From an uncultured Planctomycetota bacterium (GTDB lineage Bacteria; Planctomycetota; Planctomycetia; Isosphaerales; Isosphaeraceae), in contig CAVURY010000050.1 in the NCBI GenBank assembly GCA_963743925.1, positions 14,358 to 78,357 on the forward strand: a stretch of DNA of 64,000 bases, read 5' to 3'. The position numbers and the translations under genes are program-made. Shown in pieces: positions 1 through 13,031 of the stretch. Within the stretch, counting starts at the first letter, position 1. Every line of letters starts with the position of its first letter. Below the pieces are notes generated by a model. That model worked only from the letters and a program-made list of their open reading frames with translations. It made no database searches and was not told where the DNA came from.

Positions 1-1017
1 GAGCCGATCGCCGTACCCCTTGGCGACGTCGGCGGCCTCGACGACCAGGGTGCCCAGGTGAGGCCCGGGGGGGATCTGCAGGACGACAGCCTCGTCGCGC
101 TTCTCGGAGTCCTGGCTGGCCATCTGCTCGTAGCGCTGGAGTCGCGCCCGGTTCTTGGCCACTCTGGCGCGAGGCGACATCCGGACCCACTCCAGCTCGC
201 GTGCAAGCTGCTTGCGACGGCTGCTCTCCTGCTTCTCCTCCAGGGCCAGTCGCGCCTGCTTCTGCTCGAGCCACGAGGAGTAATTCCCCTCCCAGGGGAT
301 GCCCTGGCCACGGTCGAGCTCGAGGATCCACTTGGCGACGTTATCGAGGAAATAGCGGTCGTGTGTGACGCTCACGACGGTCCCGGGGTATTCCTCCAGG
401 TGGCGTTCGAGCCAGGCGACGCTGTCGGCATCGAGGTGGTTAGTCGGCTCGTCGAGGAGTAGCAAGTCGGGGCGTTCCAGGAGGACCTTGCAGAGCGCGA
501 CGCGTCGACGCTCGCCGCCGGAGAGGGTGCTGACCTGGGCATCGCCCGGCGGGAGTCGCATGGCGTCCATGGCGATCTCGACCCGACGGTCGAGGTCCCA
601 TCCTTCGGACGCCTCGATGGCATCCTGGACCTTCGCCTGCTCCTCGAGGAGTGCGTCCATCTCGTCGGCATCGGGACCTTCACCGAGCCGGGCGTTGATC
701 TGGTCGAACCGGGCGAGGTGAGCCCGGATCGGTGCGACGGCGACCTCGACGTTGCCGCGGACGTCGAGCGTCGGATCGAGCATGGGCTCCTGCGGCACGT
801 ATCCGATCGTGATCCCGGAGGCGGGGGCGGCCGAGCCGTGGAAATCGGTCTCGATCCCGGCCATGATCTTCAGGAGCGTGCTCTTACCCGAGCCGTTGCC
901 GCCGATCACGCCGATCTTGGCGCCCGGATAGAACGACAGCCAGATGTTCTTGAGGACTTCTTTCTTGCCGTAAGCTTTGGACAGGCTTTCGATTCGGAAG
1001 ATGTATTGGGCCGCCAT
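1..1017 (-). CDS. ettA: ABC-F ATPase EttA (energy-dependent translational throttle), N-terminal 339 codons; the 3' end lies beyond the left window edge
   Basis: Absent from the ORF track because it runs off the edge. My reverse-strand translation from the ATG at 1017-1015 reads MAAQYIFRIESLSKAYGKKEVLKNIWLSFYPGAKIGVIGGNGSGKSTLLKIMAG...LSGGERRRVALCKVLLERPDLLLLDEPTNHLD...VTHDRYFLDNVAKWILELDRG. This shows Walker A, the ABC signature, Walker B and an EttA-type N-terminus. Confidence 0.85.
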   Translation of the reverse strand, partial: MAAQYIFRIESLSKAYGKKEVLKNIWLSFYPGAKIGVIGGNGSGKSTLLKIMAGIETDFHGSAAPASGITIGYVPQEPMLDPTLDVRGNVEVAVAPIRAHLARFDQINARLGEGPDADEMDALLEEQAKVQDAIEASEGWDLDRRVEIAMDAMRLPPGDAQVSTLSGGERRRVALCKVLLERPDLLLLDEPTNHLDADSVAWLERHLEEYPGTVVSVTHDRYFLDNVAKWILELDRGQGIPWEGNYSSWLEQKQARLALEEKQESSRRKQLARELEWVRMSPRARVAKNRARLQRYEQMASQDSEKRDEAVVLQIPPGPHLGTLVVEAADVAKGYGDRL

Positions 1018-1289
1018 GAGCTCTCGATGGGTCTGGTCGCTTGCTGTGCGATCGGAATGCAACAGCAGGATGCGGGAATGGCCCCAACGACGCCCCGCGA
1101 AAGGGACATCGTCGCCGAGGGCCGAGACAATCGAATCCGACTCCTTTGAGTAGACTCGATCCCCCGTCCGCTGAGAAGAGGGGACGAGAGGCGCCGGGCG
1201 CCGACTTGCAGTCGCGTTGGCCTTCTGGTAGCTTGAACTTGTCGAAGCGAACCACCTTGCGGCCGAGATCGCAAGCCATTCCTTCGTGA

Positions 1290-1363
1290 GCCGGGGTAGC
1301 TCAGCTGGTTAGAGCGGCGGTCTCATAATCCGCAGGTCAGGCGTTCGAGTCGCCTCCCCGGTA
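1290..1363 (+). tRNA. tRNA with CAT anticodon (elongator Met, or Ile2 if lysidine-modified); no encoded CCA
   Basis: A cloverleaf can be folded by hand. Acceptor GCCGGGG/CCCCGGT, D arm GCTC-AGCTGGTTA-GAGC, anticodon loop CTCATAA (CAT at 1324-1326), T arm AGGCG-TTCGAGT-CGCCT, discriminator A. Confidence 0.85.
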
Positions 1364-1800
1364 TTTGCCATAAGTCTTGGCGAAAGTTCAAGTTGGACTA
1401 ACCCATCGGGACGCGATTTTGCGGAACTGAGATCTCAGTGAGACGGTAGTTTACCGGATCATGAGGCGCTCCGGCATGGAATTCGAGACCGCGAACTTCG
1501 CAACCGACTCGCGTATGATGCCGACCTGCCCTGCGCACTCTCCTCTCCGAGCTGGGGCTCACCTCCAGGCCTCGCCCACGAGCGGGTAGCGCGATGACAA
1601 CTCTCGAAACGTCGCGTGCCAGAGGACCCACCTGAGCGCGATACGGGTGAGTTCGTCACCATCCCGTGACGTTCGAGGCTGTGTCGGTGCATCTGACCAC
1701 GCAGGTCTGGAAGGACGCCGACGAGCGTGCTAGCCTTCCATGTCGTGCGAGCAACTTTCCGCCACGACCATGGTCGCGTTGCTTCGTCGGAGATACGAAA

Positions 1801-2043
1801 ATGAATATCGAGATGGCACGCAGCTTCTTCCTGTGGTGTACAATCATCAACTACGGAATGCTCTTGTTGTGGGGATTCCTCTTTCTTTTCGTGCACGACG
1901 GATTTCACCGCCTGTGGTTGAGGTGGGCTCGGATCTCCGTCGAACAGTACGATATGCTCAATCTCGCAGGGATCTCGATCTATAAGATCGGGGTCTTCCT
2001 GTTCAACCTGGTCCCGTGTATTGCTTTGTATATCATCGGGTGA
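1801..2043 (+). CDS. Small (80 aa) two-TM membrane protein of unknown function
   Basis: Internal ATG of ORF 1666..2043. Two hydrophobic helices (FFLWCTIINYGMLLLWGFLFLFV and ISIYKIGVFLFNLVPCIALYIIG). Visibly lower GC than the neighbours. From memory it resembles DUF6868-type small proteins; this is unverified. Confidence 0.5.
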   Translation: MNIEMARSFFLWCTIINYGMLLLWGFLFLFVHDGFHRLWLRWARISVEQYDMLNLAGISIYKIGVFLFNLVPCIALYIIG

Positions 2044-2100
2044 GGATTTGAAAGAAATTGTGAGTCCTTACTCATCTCCGGTTCGCCACGACTATGCTCG

Positions 2101-3565
<1,465 letters not shown>

Positions 3566-3594
<29 letters not shown>

Positions 3595-6500
3595 TCAGTA
3601 ACGCCCGAGCCAGGATCGTCCAGGCCGCTCGCTCGACGGCATCACCGTCGCCGGGACCGGCGAGCCTGGCGGCATCCAGCTCCTTGCGCCCGAGCCGATC
3701 TCTCTGAGCTCGATAGAACTTGACGAGCATGGCCAGCTCGTCGGATCCGGGCTGTCGTGAGAGGCATCGCTGGAACAGGACCGCGGCCCGGTCGTCGACG
3801 GTTCCTCCACGGATGCTTATCATACGCCCGAGCGATTGTGCGGCCTCCTCGAAGACCGGATCGTTGAGCATCGTGAGAGCCTGGAGCGGCGTGTCGGAGA
3901 CCTCCCTCCGCGCGACGCAAACCTCGCCGCTGGGCGCATCGAAGGTCGTGAACATCGCGTAAGGAGCGGTGCGTTTGGTGTAGGTGTAAAGGCCGCGGCG
4001 ATAGGCGTCGCCGCCGTCGCTGGTCTTCCACACCAGGCCACCGTACGCTCCGTCGGTCGTGACGCCGGGGGGTTGCGGAGGGAAGACGCTCGGCCCGCCG
4101 ATCTTCTCCGAGAGCAGGTTGCTGACCCTGAGCGCGGAATCCCGGACCATCTCCGCCTCCAATCGGACGCGAGGGCCTCGCGCCAGCAGTCGGTTCTCCG
4201 GATCCTTCGCCTGTAATTCCGGCGTGACCCGCGACGACTGCCGGTATGTCGCACTCGTGACGATCCTGCGGTGCATCGACTTCAACGACCAGTCATCCTC
4301 GACCAGGCGGGTCGCCAACCAATCGAGTAGCTCGGGGTGAGTGGGAGGCTCGCCTTGATAACCGAAGTCCTCCAGGGTACGCACCAATCCCCTGCCGAAG
4401 AATGCGGCCCACTGCCGGTTCGCGGTCACGCGGCCGGTCAGCGGATTCTGGGACGACACCAGCCATCGGGCCAACTCCAACCGGTTCGCCTGTGAGTCCT
4501 TGGGCAAGGGCGGTAGGAACGAGGGCACGCCCGGCTCGACCCGCTCGGTTGCCTCGAGGAATTCGCCGCGGTTGTGGATGAAAGTCGGCCTGGGATTGGC
4601 CGGCTCGCGCTCGGTCATCACCAGCGTGGTCCGATACGGGGGTAGCTCCTTCCGGAGCCGTTCGATCTCCGCGCGCTCCCTGGCCAGGTCGGGCGCCACG
4701 CTGAGATAGTACCGGCGAAGCTCGTCGACCTGCTCGGGGGTCCGCTTCTCCATCGGGACCGGGACGAGCCGCTCAATCTCGGTTGGGATCGATCGGGCCT
4801 CGATCGGCCGAGGGTCCGCGGTGACCGAGATCCGGAAACGCCCGAGCCCGGCGGCGTGATAGCGATCGAAGAGGAGCTCAATGCCCAGTTCGTTCGCGGC
4901 CCGTAGTGGACCCTCGATGCGGAACACGGCCTGATGCGGCCTCCCCTGCCCTCCGTTGATCGTCCAGCCAGACTGGGGATCGCCGTCAATCGCGAGGGTC
5001 GCCGACTTGGCGTCGGGCCAGCTCGACGTGGCTCCGGCGAATCGGATCGACTTGCCATCGACCGTCGCCCGGACTTCGCTGAGGAAGAAATCGCCCGCCG
5101 GTCCCTCGTAATAGACCCGGCCCGGCCCATGATTGGGCAACCGATCGTCGGGCAGCACCTCGAGCCGGATCGCGGTGATCCCTGCCGGGACGTTGCGAAA
5201 TTGGAGCGTGTACAGATCGCGCTTGCTCTGGTCGCCGCTGACAAAGATCGACCCATCGTGCTGGATGGCCAGGTGCGGCAGATTCGAGCTCGCCTTGACC
5301 GGCGTGAGCGGGGTCCATCGCGCCGTCTCGCTCGCTTGACGAGTCAGCCAGTCGCGAAATCGGGCCTCGAGATTCTGCTTTCGCCTCTCCTTCTCGGGGC
5401 GAGCATCGCCGCTTGCGGGCGGATCGACGGGGAATCGATCGGGGAGCTCGGCGATCAATTTCGCGATCCGGGCTTCGATCTCGCGACGACGTTGGGCGAT
5501 TTCCGGCGACGGCACCTCGAGCTCTGGCTCTTCGGTGTTATTCATCATCGCCATGAATCGGTAATACTCGCGGTGTGGGATGGGGTCGTACTTGTGCGTA
5601 TGACACTGGACGCAACCCATCGTGAGACCAAGCCAGACCGTGGCCGTGGTCGCCACCCGATCCGTCATGGCATAGAAGCGGTATTCGAGCGGGTCGATGC
5701 CACCTTCTTCGTTGAGCATCGTGTTCCGATGGAACCCGGTCGCGATCCTTTGCTCGAGCGTCGCGCCCGGCAACAGATCGCCGGCGATCTGGTCGATCGT
5801 GAAACGCCGGAAGGGGAGATCGGCGTTCAGCGCCCGGATCACCCAATCTCGATACGGCCAGATCGAGCGTGCTCGGTCCTTCTCATATCCGTTCGTGTCG
5901 GCGTAACGCGCCAGGTCGAGCCATCGCCGTGCCCATCGCTCGCCATATCGAGGCGAGGCGAACAGGCGATCCACCAGACGCTCGTAGGCGTCCGGGGAAC
6001 GGTCCTGGACGAACGCTTCGACCTCCTCGGGGGTCGGTGGCAGCCCCAGCAAATCGAGGGTCGCGCGGCGGATCAGCGAGACCCGATCGGCTTCGGGCGA
6101 AGGCCGTAACCCGGCCGCCTCCAAGCGAGCCAGTACGAACGCGTCGATCGGATTGCGAGGCCAGCCACGGTCGGATACGGCGGGCGTTGCCGGACGGACC
6201 GGCTTCTCGAAAGCCCAGTGCACTTCGTACTTCGCACCCTCGGCGATCCATCGCTTGAGGATTTGCCGATCGCGTTCCGAGACGGGCAACTTGGCTTGCG
6301 GAGGAGGCATGAGTTCGCCCTGATCCTCGGAGAAGATCCGGCTCACCATCTCACTCTCGTCGGGCTGGCCCGGGACTATGGGGCTCATCCCGGAGTCCGC
6401 AGCCTTCAGGGCGTCGTCGGGCCGGTCCAGCCGGAGATGAGCCTTCCGGGACTTGTCGTCCGGCCCATGACACTTGAAGCAATGCCGGGCGAGGATCGGG

Positions 6501-6613
6501 CGAACGTCGCGATTGAAGCTGAGTTGCCCTTCGGCGGTGGAACCGGCCTCGGCTGTCGGAAATCCGAGAGCGAGCCCGATCAACGCGATGAGGCTTGTGG
6601 CTCGACGTACCAA
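3566..6613 (-). CDS. PSD1-type protein: planctomycete cytochrome c domain + DUF1549 + DUF1553
   Basis: Contains a [19 protein letters not shown] haem-like motif, then the long DUF1549/DUF1553-type body, including [12 protein letters not shown]. Start set at TTG 6613 ([23 protein letters not shown] signal peptide, GGGAGG 8 nt upstream). The ORF is open up to 6781. It pairs with DUF1501, the classic arrangement. Confidence 0.85.
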
Positions 6614-7166
6614 GGGGGTCACCTCCCGGTGTTGCCGTCGTGCATGGAGTGTCGTGGAGGAATGGGTAGGCGGGGTTGGATCGCCTTCAGCAGCAATCGG
6701 AGGCGATCCATCGGATGGTGCATGTTGAACAGGATCGGTGGAGAATCTCACCACGGTGGGCGGGGAAACGCACGGCTGCAAAGCGCTTGCATCGGGTTGG
6801 AATGGAGCCCGGAATTTCCGCGCGTGAACCGCCCTCGCACGGCATATTGGCTACGCACGCGAGATTCCCTTGAATCTAGAGTAAGGACATTCGCCCTGAG
6901 TTTCAAGATGATGAACCGGCAGCAGCGACGGTCCTATTCCCTTCGATCGCCCCGACAATCGACCGGTCGATGGACGGTGAGGCAAGCCATCTCGCCCGAT
7001 CTCGAATCGGGTCGGAGACAGCGGAGCGACGCCGAAACGGGGCGATCAACGCATTCTGCTTGAGACCGAGACGATACCAACCCGAAGCGTCGGCGATCAT
7101 CCGAGGGAATATTCCTCGCTCGGGCTTCGGGTCGGTTTGGGTGGGCTCAATCCGGGCGCGAGGCGC

Positions 7167-8276
7167 TCAAGCCTTTCCCTTCGACGGGTTCAACAAGACG
7201 GCATACACCGTGCTGTCCTGCGGGTTCGTGGAGACCGCCTCGGCGGCGATCTGTCCCTTGTCGTTGATGGCTGTGGCACTGATGATGGTAAGACCCGAGT
7301 CGGCCGGTATCAACGTATTGAGGTCGGTCATGACTCCGTGGTTGTAGAGGAACGCATGTTGAACGGAGTTGCTCGTTTGTGAGCTACCGACCACCGCTCC
7401 GCTGTCGTTGATCGCGGCCGCAGCCGCCGACGAGCCTCCGAGTGTCCCGATGTCGGCCATGGCTCCGTGGCTGAACAGGAACGCGTGGCTGGCACCACTT
7501 GTGGTGTAAGAGATGCCGACCGCGGCGCCGTGGATATTGATGCTATCCGCCTCGGCGAAGGTGCCGCCGAGCGTCCCCAGGTCGGTCATCTTCCCGTGGT
7601 TGTAGAGGAAGGCGTGCGTGATGGTCGCCGAGCCCGTTCCCGATGTCACGGAGTATCCAACAACCTGCCCCTTGGCGTTCAGGGCCAGGGCCCCGGAACC
7701 CTGCCCTCCCAGCGAACCCAGGTCGATCAGCTTCCCGTGCTGCTGGATCGCCGCGTCCCCGTTGGCCAGAGTAAATCCGATGATCGATCCATGGTCATTG
7801 ATGGCGATGTTGCCCCCGGTGTTGAGGCCGGTATTCAGGGTCCCGATACTCGTCATCGATCCGTGCTTGTACAGGAAAATCTCGGGCTGAGCATTGTTGG
7901 CGGCGGCCGTCGAGACCCCGACGACGGCGCCCTGATCATCGATCCCCAATGCCTCGGCGGATGAACCACCCAGGGTGCCAAGGTCCGTGGTGACACCATG
8001 CATGGCGATGAACGCGTGCTCTGCCGCGTCGTTCGCCGTGTAGGAGACACCGACGACCGCCCCTCGGCTGTTCATGGACAGCGGGATGCTGAACGTACCC
8101 CCGAGCGAGCCCAGGTTGGTTACCGAATAACTCAGGACCCGACGATCTTCCAGGTGTTCGAGTCCGGGCCGTTGCGCGGTGCGGCGGCGCGTCGCTCCTT
8201 GGCGGATCCCGCGTGCTGTACGGCGGTGCCGGAGCCCCGACTGGAGACGCCGAATCCACGACGGTTGTGCGAACAT
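7167..8276 (-). CDS. Secreted HAF-family repeat protein
   Basis: About 7 degenerate repeats of HAF(L/I)y.hG.mtDLGTLGG..s.A.aIN..G.VVG. The Arg-rich N-terminus ends in LEHLEDRRVLS. Confidence 0.8.
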   Translation of the reverse strand: MFAQPSWIRRLQSGLRHRRTARGIRQGATRRRTAQRPGLEHLEDRRVLSYSVTNLGSLGGTFSIPLSMNSRGAVVGVSYTANDAAEHAFIAMHGVTTDLGTLGGSSAEALGIDDQGAVVGVSTAAANNAQPEIFLYKHGSMTSIGTLNTGLNTGGNIAINDHGSIIGFTLANGDAAIQQHGKLIDLGSLGGQGSGALALNAKGQVVGYSVTSGTGSATITHAFLYNHGKMTDLGTLGGTFAEADSINIHGAAVGISYTTSGASHAFLFSHGAMADIGTLGGSSAAAAAINDSGAVVGSSQTSNSVQHAFLYNHGVMTDLNTLIPADSGLTIISATAINDKGQIAAEAVSTNPQDSTVYAVLLNPSKGKA

Positions 8277-8368
8277 GGTGGTACTCCTCCGTGAGTCCAG
8301 ACGATGCGACGGTGAGACTGCGGCTTCCTTATATCATCCGTGGCAAGTCTTGACCAGCGCATATTCGA

Positions 8369-10294
8369 TCAACGGTCGTGCACGCGGATGAAGTGGTCGG
8401 TGAAGGATGAGTGTGGGACCACGCCTTTGACGGATGGCATGTGACACCCTATGCAACCCGAAGTCGGATTCACGGGGCAAGTCGTGTGTGCCGAAACATT
8501 GGTCGTTTCATCCCTCGTCTCCCCGGTCGCCGAAGTCCGCGGCTTCTTGGCGCCCGAATGGCACGACAGGCACCTGGATTCATAGTACGTCGGCGAGGTC
8601 GAGGCGTTGCGATGCGGGTTGTGGCACGTCGTACAATCGAGGGTGTCATTGCTCTCGGTATAGCAACGGCTCCAGGTCAGCGTCGTTCCCTGAAATCGGA
8701 CGGCCCCGGGATCGTCTCGCAAGACTTCCTGCCCGCGAGGGCTGTGGCACTCGGCACAGATTTTCATCACGCGCGAGCCAGAGGTCAGGCTCGGCCGGCC
8801 GATCGCCGCGTCGATCGCGGTCAACTTGGCGTCGGCGGCAAGCAAGTGATTGCCGGCGGGCCCGTGACATTTCTCGCAGCCGATGCCCCGGTCCGCCGCA
8901 CACGCTCCGGACCGATCCAGGATGGCCTTCGGGTCGGTGACGTGGCAGGACAGGCATCGCCGAACCGCATCTTCGGTCAGCGGCTGGCCGAGGAACTCCT
9001 CCGCCTTCGGCGGAATTCGAGGGTGTCCCGCCGTCACATCCCAGCACGCGTCAGGGCCGTCGGGATAGTCGGAGAGTCGCAGCTCGTAGGCTTTCCCTTT
9101 CTCGTTGCGACCCACCAGCGTCAACCCGCGATCGCCCGACCCGAACGCGTACTGGACGACGGCGTCGAGGACCTGGCCGTTGACCCGAGTCTCCAGGTTG
9201 ATTCGCGAGTCGGCTTTGCGTCGGAGTTCGTGCTCGACCTTGCGATCCGCCGGGTCCGAGACCGTCGAGCCGGGCAAGACCAGACCGCCGAGCTCGGAAG
9301 CGCGGAAGAACGTGCGGGCATGCCGCGAGACCTGCTGGGCCTTGGATTCCGCGGGGTGGCATTCGCCGCAGCGCGACGAGCCGACATACGGCGACGGATC
9401 CGGTACCTGTGGATTCTCGTCCCGGAACCCGCTCCCCTTCTTCAAAGCCTCGCGTGCCTCATTCCAGGCCCCTTCCTGGAGAGCGGCGCGGCTCAAGAGC
9501 CAGTAGGCCTCGGGATCGGGCGAATCTCCCAGTACGATGGCCAGTTGATCGCGAGCCTCTCGCGGTCGCGCGACTCGCAGCAAGGCATGGGCCAGCTCCT
9601 TTCGGGGGACGATCGGACTGGGAACCCCCTCGAGGCGCACCTCCTTGCGGCCCAGGGCCCGCTGCCAGAATTCGACGGCACCGGCGGGATCGTTGCGCTC
9701 GAGCTGGATCATGCCGAGGATCGCCTCGGCCCGCGATTCCCATCCCGGCCGGGTCGCCAGAATGCCGGCCAGCGCGGCTGCGGGGTCGAGTCGGTCGTTC
9801 GCGAAATAGGCACGAGTCAGCTCGAAGAGCGTCTCGGAGTGCTCCGGGTCGAGCGACCGGGCGCGCTCCCAGACCTCGGTCGCGGACTTGGTCTTCCCGG
9901 CCCGTGTCATGGCGAGCCCCAGGAGATACAGGTCCTCGGCCTCCATGGCGGACGGCCCGATTCGCTGGTAGAGTCCCGTCGCCGAGGAGTCGCGTCCCAG
10001 CCGGACGGACGCCCGCGCCAGGAGTCGTACCCCATCGAGATCCTCGCTGGCGGCCTTGAGCCGCAGGCGAGCGAGGTTGGCCGCCGTCTCCCAGTCGCCG
10101 AGGGAATAGGCCGCCCGGCCCCGGCTCAACGAATCCGAGCGAGGTCCGTACCGCCACCAACCGAAGCCCCCCGCCAGGAGCGTGGCTCCCAGCAGGATCG
10201 ACGGGATCAACCATCGCCATCGGCCTCGCGTCCCCGGTTGCGGCATTGTATCTCTTGAGTGGTCGGTGGCCAGTCGTTTTGAACCGATCGCCAC
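8369..10294 (-). CDS. TM-anchored TPR protein fused to a heptahaem c-type cytochrome module
   Basis: N-terminal TM helix (WRWLIPSILLGATLLAGGFGWW) and TPR-like helical repeats. Seven CXXCH motifs in the C-terminal half: CGECH, CLSCH, CEKCH, CAECH, CTTCH, CLSCH, CIGCH. Confidence 0.85.
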   Translation of the reverse strand: MAIGSKRLATDHSRDTMPQPGTRGRWRWLIPSILLGATLLAGGFGWWRYGPRSDSLSRGRAAYSLGDWETAANLARLRLKAASEDLDGVRLLARASVRLGRDSSATGLYQRIGPSAMEAEDLYLLGLAMTRAGKTKSATEVWERARSLDPEHSETLFELTRAYFANDRLDPAAALAGILATRPGWESRAEAILGMIQLERNDPAGAVEFWQRALGRKEVRLEGVPSPIVPRKELAHALLRVARPREARDQLAIVLGDSPDPEAYWLLSRAALQEGAWNEAREALKKGSGFRDENPQVPDPSPYVGSSRCGECHPAESKAQQVSRHARTFFRASELGGLVLPGSTVSDPADRKVEHELRRKADSRINLETRVNGQVLDAVVQYAFGSGDRGLTLVGRNEKGKAYELRLSDYPDGPDACWDVTAGHPRIPPKAEEFLGQPLTEDAVRRCLSCHVTDPKAILDRSGACAADRGIGCEKCHGPAGNHLLAADAKLTAIDAAIGRPSLTSGSRVMKICAECHSPRGQEVLRDDPGAVRFQGTTLTWSRCYTESNDTLDCTTCHNPHRNASTSPTYYESRCLSCHSGAKKPRTSATGETRDETTNVSAHTTCPVNPTSGCIGCHMPSVKGVVPHSSFTDHFIRVHDR

Positions 10295-10297
10295 ACC

Positions 10298-11680
10298 TCA
10301 AAGAGAGGCGGCGACGCGGTTCCATCCTTCCGCGACGCGAGACCAGCCCAGAGTCTCGCAGATGGAAGCCAGCCGTTTGACGGCCGCTCGCAATTTCGGA
10401 CCGGGGCCGGCCCCCGGACTCGACGCCTCGGCCAGGGCGAGTCGATACTCCGCGTCGGCTTGCCGCAACTGCGTCTGCGCGTCGCGCAGCGCCTGCCAAC
10501 GCTTGCGGTGCGCGGCGGACTGCTCGCGGAGACCGAGGCGATCCTCGACGATGGCGAGCCGATACTGGGCGTTGAGCAGGTTCGGGTTTCGCTCGAGGGC
10601 TTGACGATAATTCTCGGCGGCGCCCGGCCAGTCGCTTTCCCGTTCCCGGGACTGTCCTCGAAACATCCAGATCTCGGGCTCGATCTCGGCTGCCGCCGGC
10701 ACGCGGGCGAGTGCCTCGTTGAAGGCGTCCAGCTCGCCCAGCGATTGAAGCATGGTCAGGTAGTCCCGCCAGACACGCGGATCATCCGGACGACCCTTGA
10801 GGCAGGCTTGCATGTGCCGGAGCGCCTCGGCGCCTTGGCCGAGCGACAGCTCGGCATTGGCCATGGCGCGGAGCGCCTCGAAATCCTCGGGATCGGCGGC
10901 GACATAGTTCTTCAACAGCTCGACCGATACGGTGGGAGCCATGCGTTCCAGCTCGCATCGCATCCGCATCGACAGCACCATCGGTCGGTCTTCGGGGCTG
11001 CCGCGATCGTACTCCTTCCAGAGGATCACGTGTGCGTCATCCCATCGGTCTTCCATGGCGTAGAGCTTGAGTAGTTCCTGACTGGCGTCGTGGAAGACGG
11101 CCGGATCCGGAGGATGGAGCGGATCGGAATCGATGACGGCCAAGAGCGCCGACTCGGCTTCTCGGGCCCGGTTAAGCATCAGATACGCCTGGGCTTCGCG
11201 ATAGAGCGTCTCGGCCTTCTTCGGCCACCAGAACGGGACCTCGTGCAATTCTTTGGCACACCCCAGGAGGTCGCCGCGGGCGGCCAGCGCTCGAGCCAGG
11301 GTCATGCGAATCTCGCCGTCGTGCGGCGCGCGCCGCAACCGTTCCCGCAAGGCCGCCTCGGCCTGAGTGAATTGCTGCCGGGCGATCAATCCCTCGATGG
11401 TGCGGAGGTCGGCGACCGGACGAGTATCACGCCAGTACCACCAGGCGTTGAACCCGAGTAAGCCCGCAATCGTTGCTGCGGTGAAGAGAATTCGGAGCCC
11501 CGCGAGATGTTTTCGACGCGCCGGCGCAACCGGGGAGGCCTTCGGTTTATCCTCGGATTCAGCCGTCGCTTCAGGGAGCACAATCGTGGCGGCAGCGTCG
11601 GAATCGGTCAGCATGGTCGATTCATTGCGAAGGACCGGGGCAGGTCCGATGTCTTCGGGCTGGCAGTTCGCGACACGCAT
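10298..11680 (-). CDS. TM-anchored TPR repeat protein
   Basis: 460-aa ORF with one TM helix (LRILFTAATIAGLLGFNAWWYW) followed by TPR-like repeats. Its stop lies 3 nt from the downstream start. Confidence 0.75.
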   Translation of the reverse strand: MRVANCQPEDIGPAPVLRNESTMLTDSDAAATIVLPEATAESEDKPKASPVAPARRKHLAGLRILFTAATIAGLLGFNAWWYWRDTRPVADLRTIEGLIARQQFTQAEAALRERLRRAPHDGEIRMTLARALAARGDLLGCAKELHEVPFWWPKKAETLYREAQAYLMLNRAREAESALLAVIDSDPLHPPDPAVFHDASQELLKLYAMEDRWDDAHVILWKEYDRGSPEDRPMVLSMRMRCELERMAPTVSVELLKNYVAADPEDFEALRAMANAELSLGQGAEALRHMQACLKGRPDDPRVWRDYLTMLQSLGELDAFNEALARVPAAAEIEPEIWMFRGQSRERESDWPGAAENYRQALERNPNLLNAQYRLAIVEDRLGLREQSAAHRKRWQALRDAQTQLRQADAEYRLALAEASSPGAGPGPKLRAAVKRLASICETLGWSRVAEGWNRVAASL

Positions 11681-11686
11681 TCCATG

Positions 11687-12937
11687 TTACTTGAGCCGAC
11701 CGAGGGCTGCCAGGCTGATCGCATCCTCCGGAGCGTCGCGGAGGACCAGGCGATGCCAGGCGAGCGCCTCGTCGGGCCGGCCCATCCGCTCTCGCAGGTC
11801 GGCCAGTCTATGGTAAAGATCGGGATGAGGGGCCAGGCCGAGGGTCCGGACCGCCACGGCCTCGTTATAAACCCCGCGCATCCGCTTGAAGGCATCCTGA
11901 AACGATTCGTAAGCCCGATTCACGCGATCGAACTCGGACATTTCCCCGGCCTGGCGGAGTGCGGCACGGAATCGATAAGCGAGGACCCCGTTGTAGGGTT
12001 CCAAAGCGGTCGCGCGGCGATACGCCCGGACCGCCCTCCGCCAATCGCGGGCGTTTTCCGCGATCATCCCCTCGTGCTTGGCGAACCGGGGATCGTCGGC
12101 GAACGTCCGGGGCAACTTCGCGTATTCCTCGGCGAACCGATCGAACTCGTAGGCGCCATAGAGCCCGAAAAGCCAGGCGTCCCACGCTTCGGGCGATTCG
12201 GAATGCCTCTTGAGCGTCCTCTCGAGGACATCGACCCCCTGTGCGCCACGACTGTCGCGGACCAATGAGAGTCCCACGGTGATGGCCAGTGGCAGGTTAT
12301 CGGGCAGCTGTCCGACCAAGGGCTCGAACAACTGGACCTGCGAACCCGGCGAGACCTGATCGATGTCCAGCCGCGACATCTCGAGGAGAATCCGGACACG
12401 ATCGCGAGGATCCGGCTCGACCTGGTGCAGGCGCATGCCGATCCGATGGGCTTCCTCGATCCGCCCCTCCTTGTCGAGCAGGTCGATCAGCGACCAGGCC
12501 GCTTCCGGGACGGCGGGATCCAGGCGGAGGGCCTCCAGCCACGAAGACTCCGCCAGGTCGTAACGACCCTTCTGATAGTTGGCCTTCCCCTCGAAGAAGC
12601 GGAGAAGCGCAGCCTCCTTGGGATCTCTCGGGGGGATCGCGGCGAGATGTTCCAGCGCCAATTCCGGGCTCGGATCGGGCGGCTCCGTGGCGAGTTGTGC
12701 CATCAGGAGATGAGCACGCGTGTCTCCCGGATTGGCCCGAAAGTAGTCTTCCAAGAGCGTGCGTGCCCGCTCGAACTTGCGTTCCCGCGCCAGCGCACGG
12801 ATCTCGTCCAGGTTCGGAAAATTTGTCCTCACGCGGCGGACCGCCAGGGCGCCGCCCACGAGCAAGACCGCGGTCAGCATCACGACCACATAGGGCGTCC
12901 GGCGCGCCCGCGACGCGTCATGCAATTCGAGCTTCAT
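11687..12937 (-). CDS. TM-anchored TPR repeat protein
   Basis: 416-aa ORF with one TM helix (YVVVMLTAVLLVGGALAV) followed by TPR-like repeats. There is a 6-nt gap to the downstream gene. Confidence 0.75.
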   Translation of the reverse strand: MKLELHDASRARRTPYVVVMLTAVLLVGGALAVRRVRTNFPNLDEIRALARERKFERARTLLEDYFRANPGDTRAHLLMAQLATEPPDPSPELALEHLAAIPPRDPKEAALLRFFEGKANYQKGRYDLAESSWLEALRLDPAVPEAAWSLIDLLDKEGRIEEAHRIGMRLHQVEPDPRDRVRILLEMSRLDIDQVSPGSQVQLFEPLVGQLPDNLPLAITVGLSLVRDSRGAQGVDVLERTLKRHSESPEAWDAWLFGLYGAYEFDRFAEEYAKLPRTFADDPRFAKHEGMIAENARDWRRAVRAYRRATALEPYNGVLAYRFRAALRQAGEMSEFDRVNRAYESFQDAFKRMRGVYNEAVAVRTLGLAPHPDLYHRLADLRERMGRPDEALAWHRLVLRDAPEDAISLAALGRLK

Positions 12938-13031
12938 CTCAAGACGGCCATCGAGTTGTACAACCCGTCACCCGGCGCTCGTCCACCGTCACTCCGCTTT
13001 TTAGGTTGACGAATCGAAACGCCATCGCCCC

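Noticed and set aside
1364-1800. Possible integration scar or ncRNA downstream of tRNA-Met (lower-GC small gene next to a tRNA, local palindromes such as CTGAGATCTCAG).
   Set aside because: No direct repeat of the tRNA 3' end is visible, there is no integrase, and no recognisable RNase P, tmRNA, SRP or 6S signatures are present. The evidence is too thin.
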